From Amoebophrya sp. A120 (Eukaryota; Protista; Dinoflagellata): DNA of 64,000 nt. The stretch covers positions 1,447,216-1,511,215 of the forward strand of contig CAJINV010000011.1 of assembly GCA_905178155.1 (NCBI GenBank). Direction: 5' to 3'. This document shows, piece by piece, positions 22,396 to 34,559 of this stretch (positions are counted from its first letter, which is position 1; each line of letters opens with the position of its first letter). The position numbers and the translations under genes are program-made. The notes under the pieces were generated by a model that saw only the letters and a list, made by a program, of their open reading frames with translations, was not told the origin of the DNA and ran no database searches.

Positions 22396-25300
22396 ATGGG
22401 CCGCGACCGGCCGCGGACGGCCAATACGAACATCGTGTGCACTTTGCCGCACCGAAGTCGGCACGATGTGTATACAGGGACCAGACCGAAGTCCTCGGGT
22501 CCGACGAGGAATCCAACGAGGCAAATTCGGGAGAACAGCCTGGATATGGCCTATACCGAGGAGGACAGGGAGGAAGTGGTACAGAAAATATGAATAACAA
22601 TAAGTAAAAGTATCAGGATCCAACAATTTATTGCGACCGGATTAGTTTGCATGTCGAAGGCAGCACATCAATGATTAACGGTTTCGATTTATTGTCATGC
22701 CAGTACTGTACTAGAGCTACCTAAAAGCAGAAATTCACATTGAAAATGAAACACGAACACAGCGTATCTACATCGAAGTCGCAAAGCGGTGCCTGGAAAA
22801 CAGCGACATCCTAGACCAGGCAAACCGAAGTCCTAGGTTCCAAGAAGCTCTGAAAAGACAAGGAATCGAGTGGCCAGAAATCCAGACAGAGGCAGATGCA
22901 ACGTAATTGGCTTAGTTTTGGTGTTGCTTGATGAATTTTGATTCTGCCATCGAGAGCGAAAGGACATATTAAGTAGACATGCGGCGAAATCATGAAATTA
23001 CTTCCATCCTTTACCTTTTGCACCAGGTACAAAGTGAAAATGCTGACCGATGTCTTCCTCGAACGAAAGCGAATCACTGCGGAGCACGAGAATGCGAGCG
23101 ACGCAAAGAAGCGATTCAACGCGTACATTGACAAATTGAATGAGGAGGAGCAAAATTTTATCCGGCACGAAACGCGAAGGCAGAACGCCGCGGAGCGGTG
23201 CAGAAACGCGTTTAGGATGAGAAAGAAGAAAATTGCCGTATACATGCGTTGATGTTCTTTCGTGTTTCAGGGTACTGATTCTGATGTTGTGCCACTATCA
23301 TTTGTCATGCTCAACATGGCACGGCAGTTGAAGATCTACGCTTTCACGATCATCTCCCGTGTAACTGGTTGTGGAGCTGCATGATCATGGCAAACCAACA
23401 TCTAAAAATAACCTCAGGAACACGAGCACGAGTCGTTTCTGAAAAGCCAGCGCCGCATGGAGCGCGACAACTCCAACGCGGACAAGCTTCGCGACCAAGC
23501 GGAAAAGCGCGCTCAGAAGGTCGCGGATTGCTTCGCGCAAGCCGCGCAGCGGGAGCAGGACAAGGTGAACGAGATTTTGGACCGCAGGGCGAAATCCGAG
23601 AAGCGCCTGGCGGAGAGGGCGGAGATAGAAGCGATAGAAAGGGCGAAAAAGGCCCAGGCGTTACTGGATGCGGAGGAAGAACGGAAACAGCGCTACGACA
23701 AGATTGCGTCGTTGAAGTTTGGCAAAGCGGAAGAATTTCAGTCAAAGTACTTAAACTTAATATTCTTGTGGGAATGTCTTTCTTGTTCTTCTTCTTGTGA
23801 AAAAGATTTTGTGTTTGATTTGTCATTTGTGCTGGTGATAGATACGCAATGTGCAAGAAGAGAATCTTTGTGGTCACGCTTAGTGAGTACTGAAAAAAAA
23901 AAATCCACCTCAGACTGTCCGAGAAAATGAAGCGGTCGGCCGACCATCGGGCGCACATGGAGGCAGAGCTTAAGATGCTAAACGAACAGAAAAACCTGGC
24001 CATGAAGCACCGACAGCATCACGCGTTACGATTGGAGAGGCAGAGACAGTATTTACTACTCAGCATTTTTTGTTGTCGTGAACACAAAGATGATCATGCG
24101 CCAGCACAAACACAATACTGTCTATGTATGAAAACACAAATTGTTGCGATTTTCAATTTGTTTTTTTTACGCGCATGATCGATCTGTCGATGAGAATGTT
24201 CGAGGACGAGACCTCCAAAGAATATAAAAATCTTTCCACCCACCCCCACGACCAGATACTACAACGAGCGTCGTGCGGACGACGTGACTATCCAGCAGGT
24301 CGGCCACGTGCTCCAAGGCGAGCTTCGGGCTGCTGTGAAGCGGCAACGGCAGGAGTGGGAGAAGCGGAAAGCGTACCAAATGCAAATATGTCTGGATCTG
24401 GATGACTACAGGAGTTTGTCATGTTTGGCCAGCATGGCTCTTGTCAAGTCTACTGTGATGCTCTTTAACCAAACGCAAACGAACCAATTTTCTGTTTCTC
24501 TTTTGAAGAAATGCAATTTGCCATGCAGAAGAGGCACCAGCACCTAGCAAATCTAAAAAGTCAAAAACTTGTCATGCTTGGCAGCCAAGTGAGGCGTCCT
24601 CCTGATTGTCAAACCCGCATTACAAGTTTCCAGTCCTCCCAGGCATATTTGGAATGCATAAAGCGGTGTTTGAGGCGGCGCAGCGGGAGTCCGACCGGGA
24701 TCTGAAGAACGTGGACGTCCCGGGACTATCAACTGTAAAAATGTCTGGGTCTGGAAGGTTGGAGCTTGTGATGCTTACTTTGGACTCTAAACAAATCTGT
24801 ATTGCATGACCAGCAAGAGGAGTCTAGTTTGTTTGTGCTACGCGGGGAGGGCATTTCTCGTGCGGAGTAGGCATCAGGAAGCCCTCCAGAAATCTGTGAT
24901 GGTAGGTCGTGCATTACAGACATCCTGGGTCATGCAAAATATGCATGACAAACCCGGCAATATTCCAGACCCAGACATTTTTGCATTTGATAGGGACCGG
25001 GCCGCTACGACCCCGAGCCGCACAAACCCTACTGCGGCTGGACCATGCCCAAGTTCGTGAACCAGGAAGCCCGGAAACTGGGCCCCGGACCGGACACGTA
25101 CGAGATTAAGCGGGATTTGAAAACGGGGAGCGTCAAGTGGTACAAGCCTAAGGAGCTCTTGGTCGCAGAATTAAAGAAGCAGACAAAGACGGAGGAGGAA
25201 CTTTACGGAAGCATAGTAAAACTTAATATCATGCTTAGAAGTAGAAGTACGTAGACGTACTGTCTGAGTTCCATTTCTTTTTTTTTCTGTTCAACAGAAA

Positions 25301-27666
25301 CACAACAGTTGGATCATGATGTGTGCATGTGCTTCCCGGTAAGAGGACGCCACATCTCGATAGTTAGAGGTGGGAACGCACCAGCAAGAACTTTCACTTT
25401 CACCTCCGACAAATATTTTTATCACAGAAACGCAACAAGAAAGTGAAAACGGACTCCGCTTTGGCGGTGTCTCCCAGACCCAAGTTCATCGGGCCCGGCC
25501 CGGCGAACTACCACACGCCGCCACCACGGAAATACCGAGGGATCGACGACGTCATGCAGGACTTTGACCAATTGTGCACCACCTACTCGACCCGGCTGAA
25601 CCCGAGCCCGAGAAGGCACGAGAATAGAACGAAGCCCGATAATTTGATCACCATGCCCATCGAGGGAGCGAGAAGGCCGCAGCTTAGTACTAGAGATAGT
25701 GTTTGTATCATTTTCGATTTCTTTGCTCTTCTTTCCCATGCTTGTAGTCGAACTACATGAACAAGATCCTGCCCTTTTATTTTGTGTCCCGTGCGGCTGC
25801 AGCGAGCCCCTGCCCGCTCACCGTATGTGCGGACACAAGGGCGGTATCTAAATCTACTATAACCGTCGAAAATAAAGTTAAAGTGACGAACATATTTTCG
25901 ATTTTGATCAGGCGTCCAGCACTCGAAAAAATCCAGCAACGGCCCCGAGGGTTCCCCATTAGACGACATCTTAGCGAAGGAAGTTCCCCAAGCTGCTCTT
26001 CTCGGCGGGAGCCAACAAGCAGGTAGTTCCTCTCTGCCCGATATTCAAGTGAAGAAAGCCAAGCCAGTCACCGGCGGGAGTGAGTCCGGCGGTAGCAGGC
26101 CGGGGAGCAAGCAGAGCGGTCGAGGGGCCGCGAATAAGTCTAGTACTGCGTCTGGTCTGAAAGATTCATCGACGAATCTGTTGCCAAAGGTTGAAAGAAA
26201 ACCAACTGCCGGCTCCAGTACGTCGAAAGAAGCTGCAGGAGCAGCTGCACCAGCGACCGCGAGTAGGACCTCCAGTAAAGGCAAGAAGCCGGCGTCGAGT
26301 GTTACTTCCTCCGTCGTGGTGGAGGAGGATCGAATATTAGGAGCGACTTCTTCCTCCAAACCAACAGAATCCTCCGTGGATCCGGTGCCACCCACGACTT
26401 CAGTGGAGATGGAAGCCGCCTCTGCAGGAGGACAAGACCCGGTCGTGCAGAGCACAGAGAGTGTCGGAGGTGTCGGATTGCTGATGGAGGAGAGCATATC
26501 GCAGGAAAAAACTGTTTCACTGTGATGATTTAGATTTTGCAAGATCTGCAACACAAGTTTGGTACACATGGCACAGAAAATTTGCCATGCGCAGTTCCCA
26601 AGGGAAAACACCCTTAAAAATGAAAATCCAATGGATTGCATGTGTAGCAAGACAAATAGCTGTGTGTTCCATTGTTCCCTGCACCACAAGTTCACAGTGA
26701 AACAATTTTTTTGTGGGATAGAGCAAGTTAGCGATGGACTCGAATACGGACGGAGGCACGGATGCGAACCCGGTCGAGCCCATAGTGCAGGAAGAGGAGT
26801 TGGCCGGGTTGATCAAAGCGGAGCCATCGGGAGAACAAGGAACTTCTGCGGTTTTGTCGGCCGGTGAGAGCAAAGAGGACGCGGCGGCGGGAGCAGATGG
26901 TAGCTTAGCGGTAGGTGAGTCGGAACCAGCTGCACGAGCAGAAGCGGCGGAGGCAGCTGCGACAGAGGAAACTTCCAAGCCGGCAGAAGAAGAACCAACA
27001 CCTGCGGCTGGTGCACCACAAGAATTTGTCCAAGCTACGCCAGCAGTAGAAGCGACGGAAGATAGTACGGTGCCTGCGGCAGTAGAAAAGGAAGACTCAG
27101 CAGAAAAACCTGCTGTGGAAGAGCCAGTCGCTGCACCGGCAGAAGACGCAGCACCTGCAGCTGCAGAACCGACGGAAGAAACGCCGGCTGCAACGGAGGA
27201 ACAGGCACCACCAGCCGCCTCTGAGGAGGTAGCCGCAGAAGAAAATCCCGTCGAGACTCAGGAACCATCAGCGGCAAAACTAGAGGAACCAGCAGCTGTC
27301 GCAACTACCGAAGACGCCGCTGCCGCGCTGGCCGAAGCTGCAGTCGTAGACGAATCCGCGCAACCAGAAGCTGCAGCTGCTACCGAGGAACTACCAGCTG
27401 CTGCGGAGGAAACGACCCAAGCTCCGGTCGAAGAAGTGGCTGCAGAACAAGGCACTGCGGAACCAGCAGCGGCTCCTGACGAAGCTGCGGCACCAACGGA
27501 GGAAGCCGCACCGGCAACAGAAGAAGCCACAGCAGAGGAACAAGAAGCTGCTCCTATTGCGGAACACGAGGTGAGCAAGGTGTTGGACTTGGAAGAGGCG
27601 GAAGACGACACACAGCAGGTCGCGGCTGACTCCGTGCAGGAAATCGCTGTGGAGGAGATTGCGTGA
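22396..27666 (+). CDS. Coiled-coil protein with PGPGxY (SHIPPO/STPG-type) motifs and an acidic Ala/Glu/Pro tail, 10 introns
   Basis: Phase-consistent exons 22396..22578, 22763..22902, 23027..23237, 23418..23746, 23914..24048, 24256..24373, 24666..24726, 24998..25215, 25428..25686, 25912..26496, 26726..27666. Motifs VPGPGRY, GPGPDTY, GPGPANY, typical of flagellar microtubule-associated proteins. Confidence 0.78.
24374..24660. mobile_element. Introner/MITE-like non-canonical intron, family B-related
   Basis: TSD AAGCG; TACCAAATGCAAATATGTCTGG...CCAGGCATATTTGGAATGCATA; removal gives KRKA|VFEA. Confidence 0.88.
24727..24992. mobile_element. Introner/MITE-like non-canonical intron, family B
   Basis: TSD GGGAC; TATCAACTGTAAAAATGTCTGGGTCTGGAA / TTCCAGACCCAGACATTTTTGCATTTGATA; removal rebuilds VPGPGRY. 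Confidence 0.93.
26497..26720. mobile_element. Introner/MITE-like non-canonical intron
   Basis: TSD GAGCA; TATCGCAGGAAAAAACTGTTTCACTGTGA / TCACAGTGAAACAATTTTTTTGTGGGATA; removal gives MEES|KLAMDS. Confidence 0.9.
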
Positions 27667-28169
27667 GGAGGGACGAACGCGTACTAGGGTGCAGTGAAAA
27701 TAACAGTATTAGCAGAAGACAGTCTATCTCTATGACTATCAAAACATTCTCAAAAGTCAATCAATAAACGCAGGAGTTGTACGATATTAAAATCAAATTA
27801 TCATGTGCTTAATTTTTCGAATTCACCGAGATCCATTTCCAAATTTGTCTAAACTTGAGCTAAGAAAATTGTCAGGAGAAGGTATAATAGGCAACTTGTA
27901 GCAGGTGGTCGTTGTGTTAGCATAAGCAGCGTAGAGACACATCAAATCATGCTGCCAATTTTTCAGAATGTAAACTCAACATCCGATTCAATTTTTTTCA
28001 GTTACAATGAATTATATCCGAAAAGATGAACCGTACAAATGCAAAGGAACAAAATGTCGAAGAAGTTTATCAACTTCATGCACAAGAAGCGCATATTACG
28101 CATTCTCGTCAGCCGCACCGGTTTACGACGCCTTTCTTTTTCTTTTTTATTTACAACGTGATCGAATCA

Positions 28170-31100
28170 ATGGACACAATTTTTGGTAGTAGCAATGCAA
28201 TAGTCAACTCAAGTCAGCGCTGAAAAACACCGGGGCCGTTCGGTATCGGGCGCGCCCGTTTGTTTGCTGCCGGCGACGGGCGCGCGAAGCCACTCTAGAC
28301 CCCCAAGCAAAACTTGACTTGGCAGGCGTTGAACATGAGCCCGGCAGAACGCCGCCGCCCGGCCCCATTCACAAGGCCCCGCGCCTGGTTGTTTTGCAGC
28401 CTTGCCGGCCGCCGCGCCACCTGCCGCCCCCGCCGGCGTGCGCCCGCCGCGCGATGGGCGGGGCCCCGCGTGCTGGCGCCGCCCGGCGATCGGGCGGCCG
28501 TCCGGCCGAGCTCCGCCAACTCAGGGCGGTCGCGCTGCCTGGGGCCCGCATAGATACTCGGCACCAAGTCAAGGCTTCCAGGGCGGCGGATAGCGTGAGC
28601 GAGTGGGGGCACCGCTTGTTTTGCCGCTGCCCCTCTGCGTCGGTCTTCTTGAAGACGTTCCGCTCTAGTGGCGACAGGCACCCGCCTGGCGCACATGTGA
28701 CAAGCGCCGCCCCGCGCGCGGCCGCCGAGCGTGTGTGTCAGCCTCTGGCTTGTCTGCGATCGATGTTCAGCAGCGACTATTTCTAGGACCCGAGTCCGCG
28801 GGCCCGTTCGTCAGTGCGAGGGCAAGGAGAAGAGCCTCGCAAGACGGTGTAGAAAGTGAGTGCTCCTTCGCCTGCGAAGGCGGCGGCGACCTCGTCCCAT
28901 CGGAGGCGATGACGATCGACAGGCCCCGAAGGTTCTCTATCAATCAGTTCTGGGGATGCTTTTTTCAGTTCCGATCGACAGGCCCCGAAGGTTGATCAGT
29001 TCTGAGGATGCTTTTTCAGAAGATGAAGAAGTTGCGGAGTTCAAAGTGAAATAAGTGCACATGGTGAGAGTGTTGTCGTGAAGATTTGTCAGTGCAGATC
29101 TCTCCTTCATGTCTACGCCAAGATCTGTTGCTTCCACTTGTGCTCAAAAAAGATCAAGGTCGAGCGATGGCTGCACCGAAAGAAAAGCGCCACTCACTTA
29201 CACTTGGAACCAAATGAACAGGACCAGGACCACAGGACCCCAAATTGATGCGTCGCAGAAACGAAAAAGACGCACGAGCTGCGGAAACTACGCTTTCTAA
29301 CGCTAAAGTGGACACCAGTGAGAATCCGTGACTAGTTCTTTGGTTCGTGCTATACGCGGAACGACTTCTAGTTCTAAAGTGCTATCAGTGTGTGAAATTC
29401 AAATTTGTAGAGTTTGTTTAACTTTATGTCAATGCCCTCTGAAAATGAAAATGTTGGCGATTCCCTCGAGATCGCGCACTAGAGTCTAATTCTCCGGAGA
29501 AGAGAAGATCTTCATCCTGGCGTGGAAGCCTTTCCCTGAGATGACAAACACAAACCAACAGAACAGTGGCACGGGGTCTATCATGATGTACATCACGAAA
29601 AATTTACCCCATACCCATGCAAGAAATTTTCGGAGGTTCTGACCAAATCAAAGCTCCAGGAGGTGTCTAGGTAGATACATAGGCTCTTTTTATTTTTCTC
29701 GGGATATTATTAACGATAACCATAACGCTAAGGCTAACGCTAACGATCATCGTGGTACAAGATAGATCGCTCTGCGTCGTCTTTTCAAGGCTCCGGAAGG
29801 CTACTTACACTGCACTTACACTGCACTTACACAGCGTCGGACTTAACAGCTAGGCAAGCTCTAATCCATGGACACAATTTTTGGTAGTAGCAATGCAATA
29901 GTCAACTCGTGTATGAGAGCGTCAGGTCGTTATTTTGCTTTCAAAATTTTTTTTTGGTGCAGGAGGTCGCTCCAGGTGTAGTTACAAGCGGCCCGATAAC
30001 TCGACACTTAGTGGAGCTACCACAGGAATATCCGACAAACGAGCCTAATAGCGTTCTCGGGACAAAAGTGCCACCCTCGATCACCGGATCACCGCGACCG
30101 GCATTGCATTGAAAGCCCCTGACCCGAGTTTGAACGGCGCCTGGCGTGGGGCGTCGTCCCGGGCCATGTTCCTCTGTGTGTGACATGCGTGTTGCAACGC
30201 AGCCGCGCCGGATAAGGCCAGTCAGACCCATGAGCCAATGCCCAAAAATTTGCACTGCTTTCGGGGGAAAACCCGGGTTGCCAGAAGGACATACTCGGCT
30301 GCGAAGCCCGCGCGAAATAAGTGGCGCGCTGTGCGAATAAAGTCACGTGGTGGCCGTTGCAAAGCCACAGTGTGCAGGAAGGCCACAGTACCGCCCCCGC
30401 GCCTGACTAGGGGCGCCTTCGCATGCCAAGCGCGGAGCTGGCCACCCTCGCCCTTCGGGTGGTGTTTGATGCGCTTGCGGCGCAGTCTCCCGGCCGTTGC
30501 CCACTTGCGAACGCATCGGCCCCTTCTGCATTTCTGCATGGGCGCGCCTCGGGCGTAATGGTGCCCTGGAAGCGGCGCTGCAAGATGGCTGGCCGAGAAA
30601 AGGCAAGCCTGCTGGACAGGTGCACGACTTCGGCCGGCCGCTGTGTTTGGCGCCCGAAGTCCGCCCCATGTCCTGAGTGCAACAATTCGAACTCTCATTC
30701 ATGAGGCGCCTTCGAGACGAGTACCTTTCAACCCCCTCCGGCACCCCTCTCGGCTGCCTCTAAGTAGTTGAGAATGAAATGACCATAGCATGCGGGCTAG
30801 AGTCATTTGGGGGGTCGTTCGGCACCCCCTAGTCCTCAACTACTTAGCGGGTGCCCGAAGAGGGTCCAGAAGGGGTCGCCCTTCTTGGGAAAATGAAATA
30901 TCTGGCCAGAGTATCCCCTCTCGTCAACTCATTAGGCAAGAGTGCCTGCTGCCTCTGCCGCCCTAATCAGCAACCCCCACTGTGCCTGCCGACGGCACGA
31001 AGGTTGGGGAGGCTGGGCCCCTACATCACGCGCGGGCGCCACTGCGTTGCGTTTTGCCCTCCTTACCTGCAATTGTTATAGTGGTCCATTTGGGCAGCTA

Positions 31101-31570
31101 CGCGATGGGCCGAGTCGACTTGACGGCAAATTCCAGGAAACAAGTCAGCCCAACTCCCCGAGATTATTCGCGCCCCCATGCGAGAGCGATGGTAGGCAAT
31201 TTATTCTACCGAGACCCTTGGCCCGGTGTGATGCCATCTCTTCTCTGTCTGACCTTGGTAGCGCGATGTCGCCACGCCGTGCCAAGAAGACCCATGCGCA
31301 GCCGCGCGGAGTTTTCCCCCTGTCTGGTGAGTTTGATGCAGGCGCGTCAGTTATTTCGATATATTTGCGAGCGCGCGGGCGGCTGCCCATCAGCGCGGGG
31401 GCAACTCCTTTCCGTATGTTGACTTTCCGCTTGCCCCTACCTGGAAGCCCCGCAAACACGGCACCCGGGGAAAGGGCTGTCTTGCGCTCCCAGATTGTCC
31501 GCGCCAGCAGGACAATTTTTGGTAGTAGCAATGCAATTTTTGGTAGTAGCAATGCAATAGTCAACTCGTG
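28170..31570. repeat. Three-copy ~41-44 bp direct repeat with two unique ~1.6-kb spacers
   Basis: ATGGACACAATTTTTGGTAGTAGCAATGCAATAGTCAACTC at 28170-28210 and 29868-29908 (+GTG); third copy 31512-31570 has an internal 21-bp tandem duplication. Confidence 0.92.
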
Positions 31571-31575
31571 GCACT

Positions 31576-31725
31576 TATGAACTGCAAAAGTATCGTACTC
31601 GTATAAATGCATTACAAATTTCCTCAGCATGAGAAGTATAAATTTGTAATGCAGATTTGCCTTGGGAACAAGATTTGCAATGCAAGATCTGCATTCATAC
31701 GAGTACGATACTTTTGCACTGGATA
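31576..31725. mobile_element. Family A MITE-like element outside any recognisable gene
   Basis: TSD GCACT; the first ~43 nt are identical to the intron at 3297; right end TACGAGTACGATACTTTTGCACTGGATA. Confidence 0.92.
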
Positions 31726-32272
31726 GCACTATTTCGTTGATGTCGATGACACGGTTCAAAAACTACACTTTAGTCAGCCAGCACCAGCGGTGAAAGAAAC
31801 TTGTTTGTACAATATTTTTGACGTCGCACGCTCACGCACCATTACCCGATAAGAATTTCAACTTTCAGCACCTTCTGAATAGAGAATGATGTCTTTATCC
31901 TGAGCGTGTACAAATAATCTTTTATATTCCGAAGGCACTTATTTGTGCTTGTGTCTATAGCACGACTCTGCGGGTCGTGATTCCGTTTCCTCATTTGACC
32001 TTGTTCCTAACGAACCCACACGATTACCGAGCGCTTGCTTCTTTTTTATTTCGCGTGAACGATTTACTTCGGCTCAACATGAAGATCGCTGCTCCGAGTG
32101 CTACGCCTTAGATCGTTGCTCCGTCGCAAGTTTTTTTCAGATCCTATTTCCCGGCATGATTGCCCGTGAGGACGATCTTCAACACATCAGTAAGCAGCAA
32201 GACCACGTACTAGCCCACTTACACAAAAAGGGAACAACTCCACCATGAAATCATCCAAATATATTTGCTAAA

Positions 32273-34236
32273 ATGGACCGCCCAACCATGACCGCGTCCT
32301 CTTCCTCGAGCAGCACGCGGCCCAACCCGTGGATGCTCACCGAGGAGAACCACTGGTGCCAGTGGCTGCAACGGGAATCCAAGATCTCCCGCTACCAGTG
32401 TCTCCACGAAAACAACGAGCCACCGATTGGGGAAGGAACGTATGGGCGGGTTTGGAAATACCTGGACAAAGAAGCGAAGGACCCGGACCGAGGAGCTTTA
32501 CGGGCGTTGAAGGAGATTTTCGTGCGAGCCCGGTCCCACGTATGGAAGTGTCAGAATCGAAATTGACAAAATCGAAAAATTTGTAATGCACAAAATCGAT
32601 GTCAGTTGGAGCCTCAGTTTCCAAGTGGCGCATGACGAATTTCGGAAGCACCCAAATCCAGTCTGTCATGCTGTTTGGGCAAAGAAGACTCCTCCTGTCG
32701 TGCTACTCTGGCAGAACATTGTATACCCCTAAACAGGCTTGCAATCGGTCTCATTTGCCTGCTCCCCAATACAGGCCTTCAGTGCCGTACATTTTATGCA
32801 TCACAAATTTTTCGACTTTGTCGATTTCGATCCTGACACATCCATACCACGAGGGATTCCCAACGCAGGCCGTCCGGGAAATATCCACAGTAAATTTCCT
32901 GTACACGTACAAATGCAGTCTCTGCATGACAAAAGTTGCCTTCAATCCTAGTCTAGCACGACAAGTTGGACACTGCAAGTTAGCGAAATTTGTAATGCAT
33001 TTTGTACATGTACGGAAAATTTACATTGCATAGGAAATCCGCTGCTTGAAGAAGGTCGTGCACCCGAATGTCGTAAGGCTCCACGACGTTTGTATCGGGT
33101 TACCCGATTTGCAGCAGGAACACAATCAGTTCACATCGAAGGTTTATCTCGTTTTCGAATTCGTCGAGCATGACCTCAGTGGGCTGATCCGGGCGAGGAA
33201 GGGCGTGCTCGATTTAGCGGAGGCCAAATGTTTGGCGCGGCAGATGCTGGACGGGCTGGTGTATTTGCACGGGAAAAACCTGATGCATCGGGATTTGAAG
33301 TTGTCAAATTTGCTACTCTCCAAGTCTGGCGAGGTGAAAATCGCGGATTTCGGACTCGCCCGGACGGTGGAGGTCGTGGAGAATTATACCTCGACGGCGT
33401 CCCAAATAGGAGTGTTCAACAGGGCAGGTGCTGGCGCAAGCAGCAGCTCGGGTGCATCATCTTCCGCAGTGGGCAGGAACACAGCAGCACGAGATCACAG
33501 CAGCAGAGGTGGAGTAGAATCAGGTGCAAGTTCCGCCAACGCGAATCCGCAACGAGACGTGGAAAACCCCCCTTTCACTAACAAGGTTGTGACTCTCTGG
33601 TACCGGGCCCCGGAGCTCGTTCTCGGCAGCAAATATTACTCCCTGGGCATCGACACGTTTGCGGCTGGGTGTGTTTTAGCGGAATTAGTCACCGGGAGAG
33701 TGCTCTTCCGCGTCCAAAATGAGCAGCAACTACTGGAATTGCAGGTTCGGCAACTGGGCACTCCGCCGAGACATTTGTACAAACAGGACCCGATTACTTA
33801 CCCCCTGGCGTTTGACAACAGCAAGATTTCCCAGTTTCTGAACCAGACACTGCAGACTGTACCACCGCAGCCGCCGCGGATCGAGGAGTATTTGTTCCAG
33901 ATTCTCCGAGACCGGAACATCCCAACGGATAATTTCTCGGCCCGAGCCTCGAGTTCCATGGCGGGGTTACCCGTCCGGGGCGGGCACCAAGCGAGACTGC
34001 AGGCCGCGAGCGCTACGTCCGCCGGTGGAGCAAATTCGAAACGGTTTCAACAGTTGACGCAAGTGATTCTGGGGCTGCTGCATTGGGACGCGAGTAAACG
34101 GTTTTCCGCGGAAGACGCATTTAACCACGCGTTTTTCACGGACGAACACCCTTTGCCCTGTAAAGCGTCGGATTTGCGATTGGACATGGGCGAGTCCTTT
34201 CACGGGTATACGGCGAAAAGGAGGAGGGTGAACTAG
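32273..34236 (+). CDS. Cyclin-dependent kinase, CDK9/CDK12/13 (PITAIRE-type) group
   Basis: Exons 32273..32540, 32852..32881, 33038..34236. IGEGTYGRVWK, ALK, EGFPTQAVREIRCLK, YLVFEFVEHDLSGL, HRDLKLSN, DFGLAR, FTNKVVTLWYRAPELVLG. Confidence 0.92.
32541..32846. mobile_element. Introner/MITE-like non-canonical intron
   Basis: TSD CCACG; ~55-bp imperfect IR TATGGAAGTGTCAGAATCGAAAT... / ...ATTTCGATCCTGACACATCCATA; removal gives RSH|EGFP. Confidence 0.93.
32882..33032. mobile_element. Introner/MITE-like non-canonical intron
   Basis: TSD GGAAA; TATCCACAGTAAATTT..GTACACGTACAAA / TTTGTACATGTAC..AAATTTACATTGCATA; removal gives AVRE|IRCL. Confidence 0.92.
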
Positions 34237-34559
34237 GAACTAGAAGTAGGAGGGCCACGACCCACTTGCGGTGCACGAACAAATGAACATACGCTGGACC
34301 AGGAGCTAGTACTGGTCTAGTTGTACAACTTTAATGTCTTCCACAACAAGCGACAAAAGTGATTTCGCTCCTAGTAACGCAAAATGAAATGATAAAATTT
34401 TCAATCTGTGGAATGAGTCACTATTTCGGCCGCTGCACCTTCTGCTTTTCTTTGACGGGGGTTGTCCAGAAACAATCTATTTTACGTTGTTCAGAAAAAT
34501 TTTTCTTTTTGGTTTTTTGTTGCTGAAGTCCTGCGTGAACACAGTGCTTTGTGTCGGAG

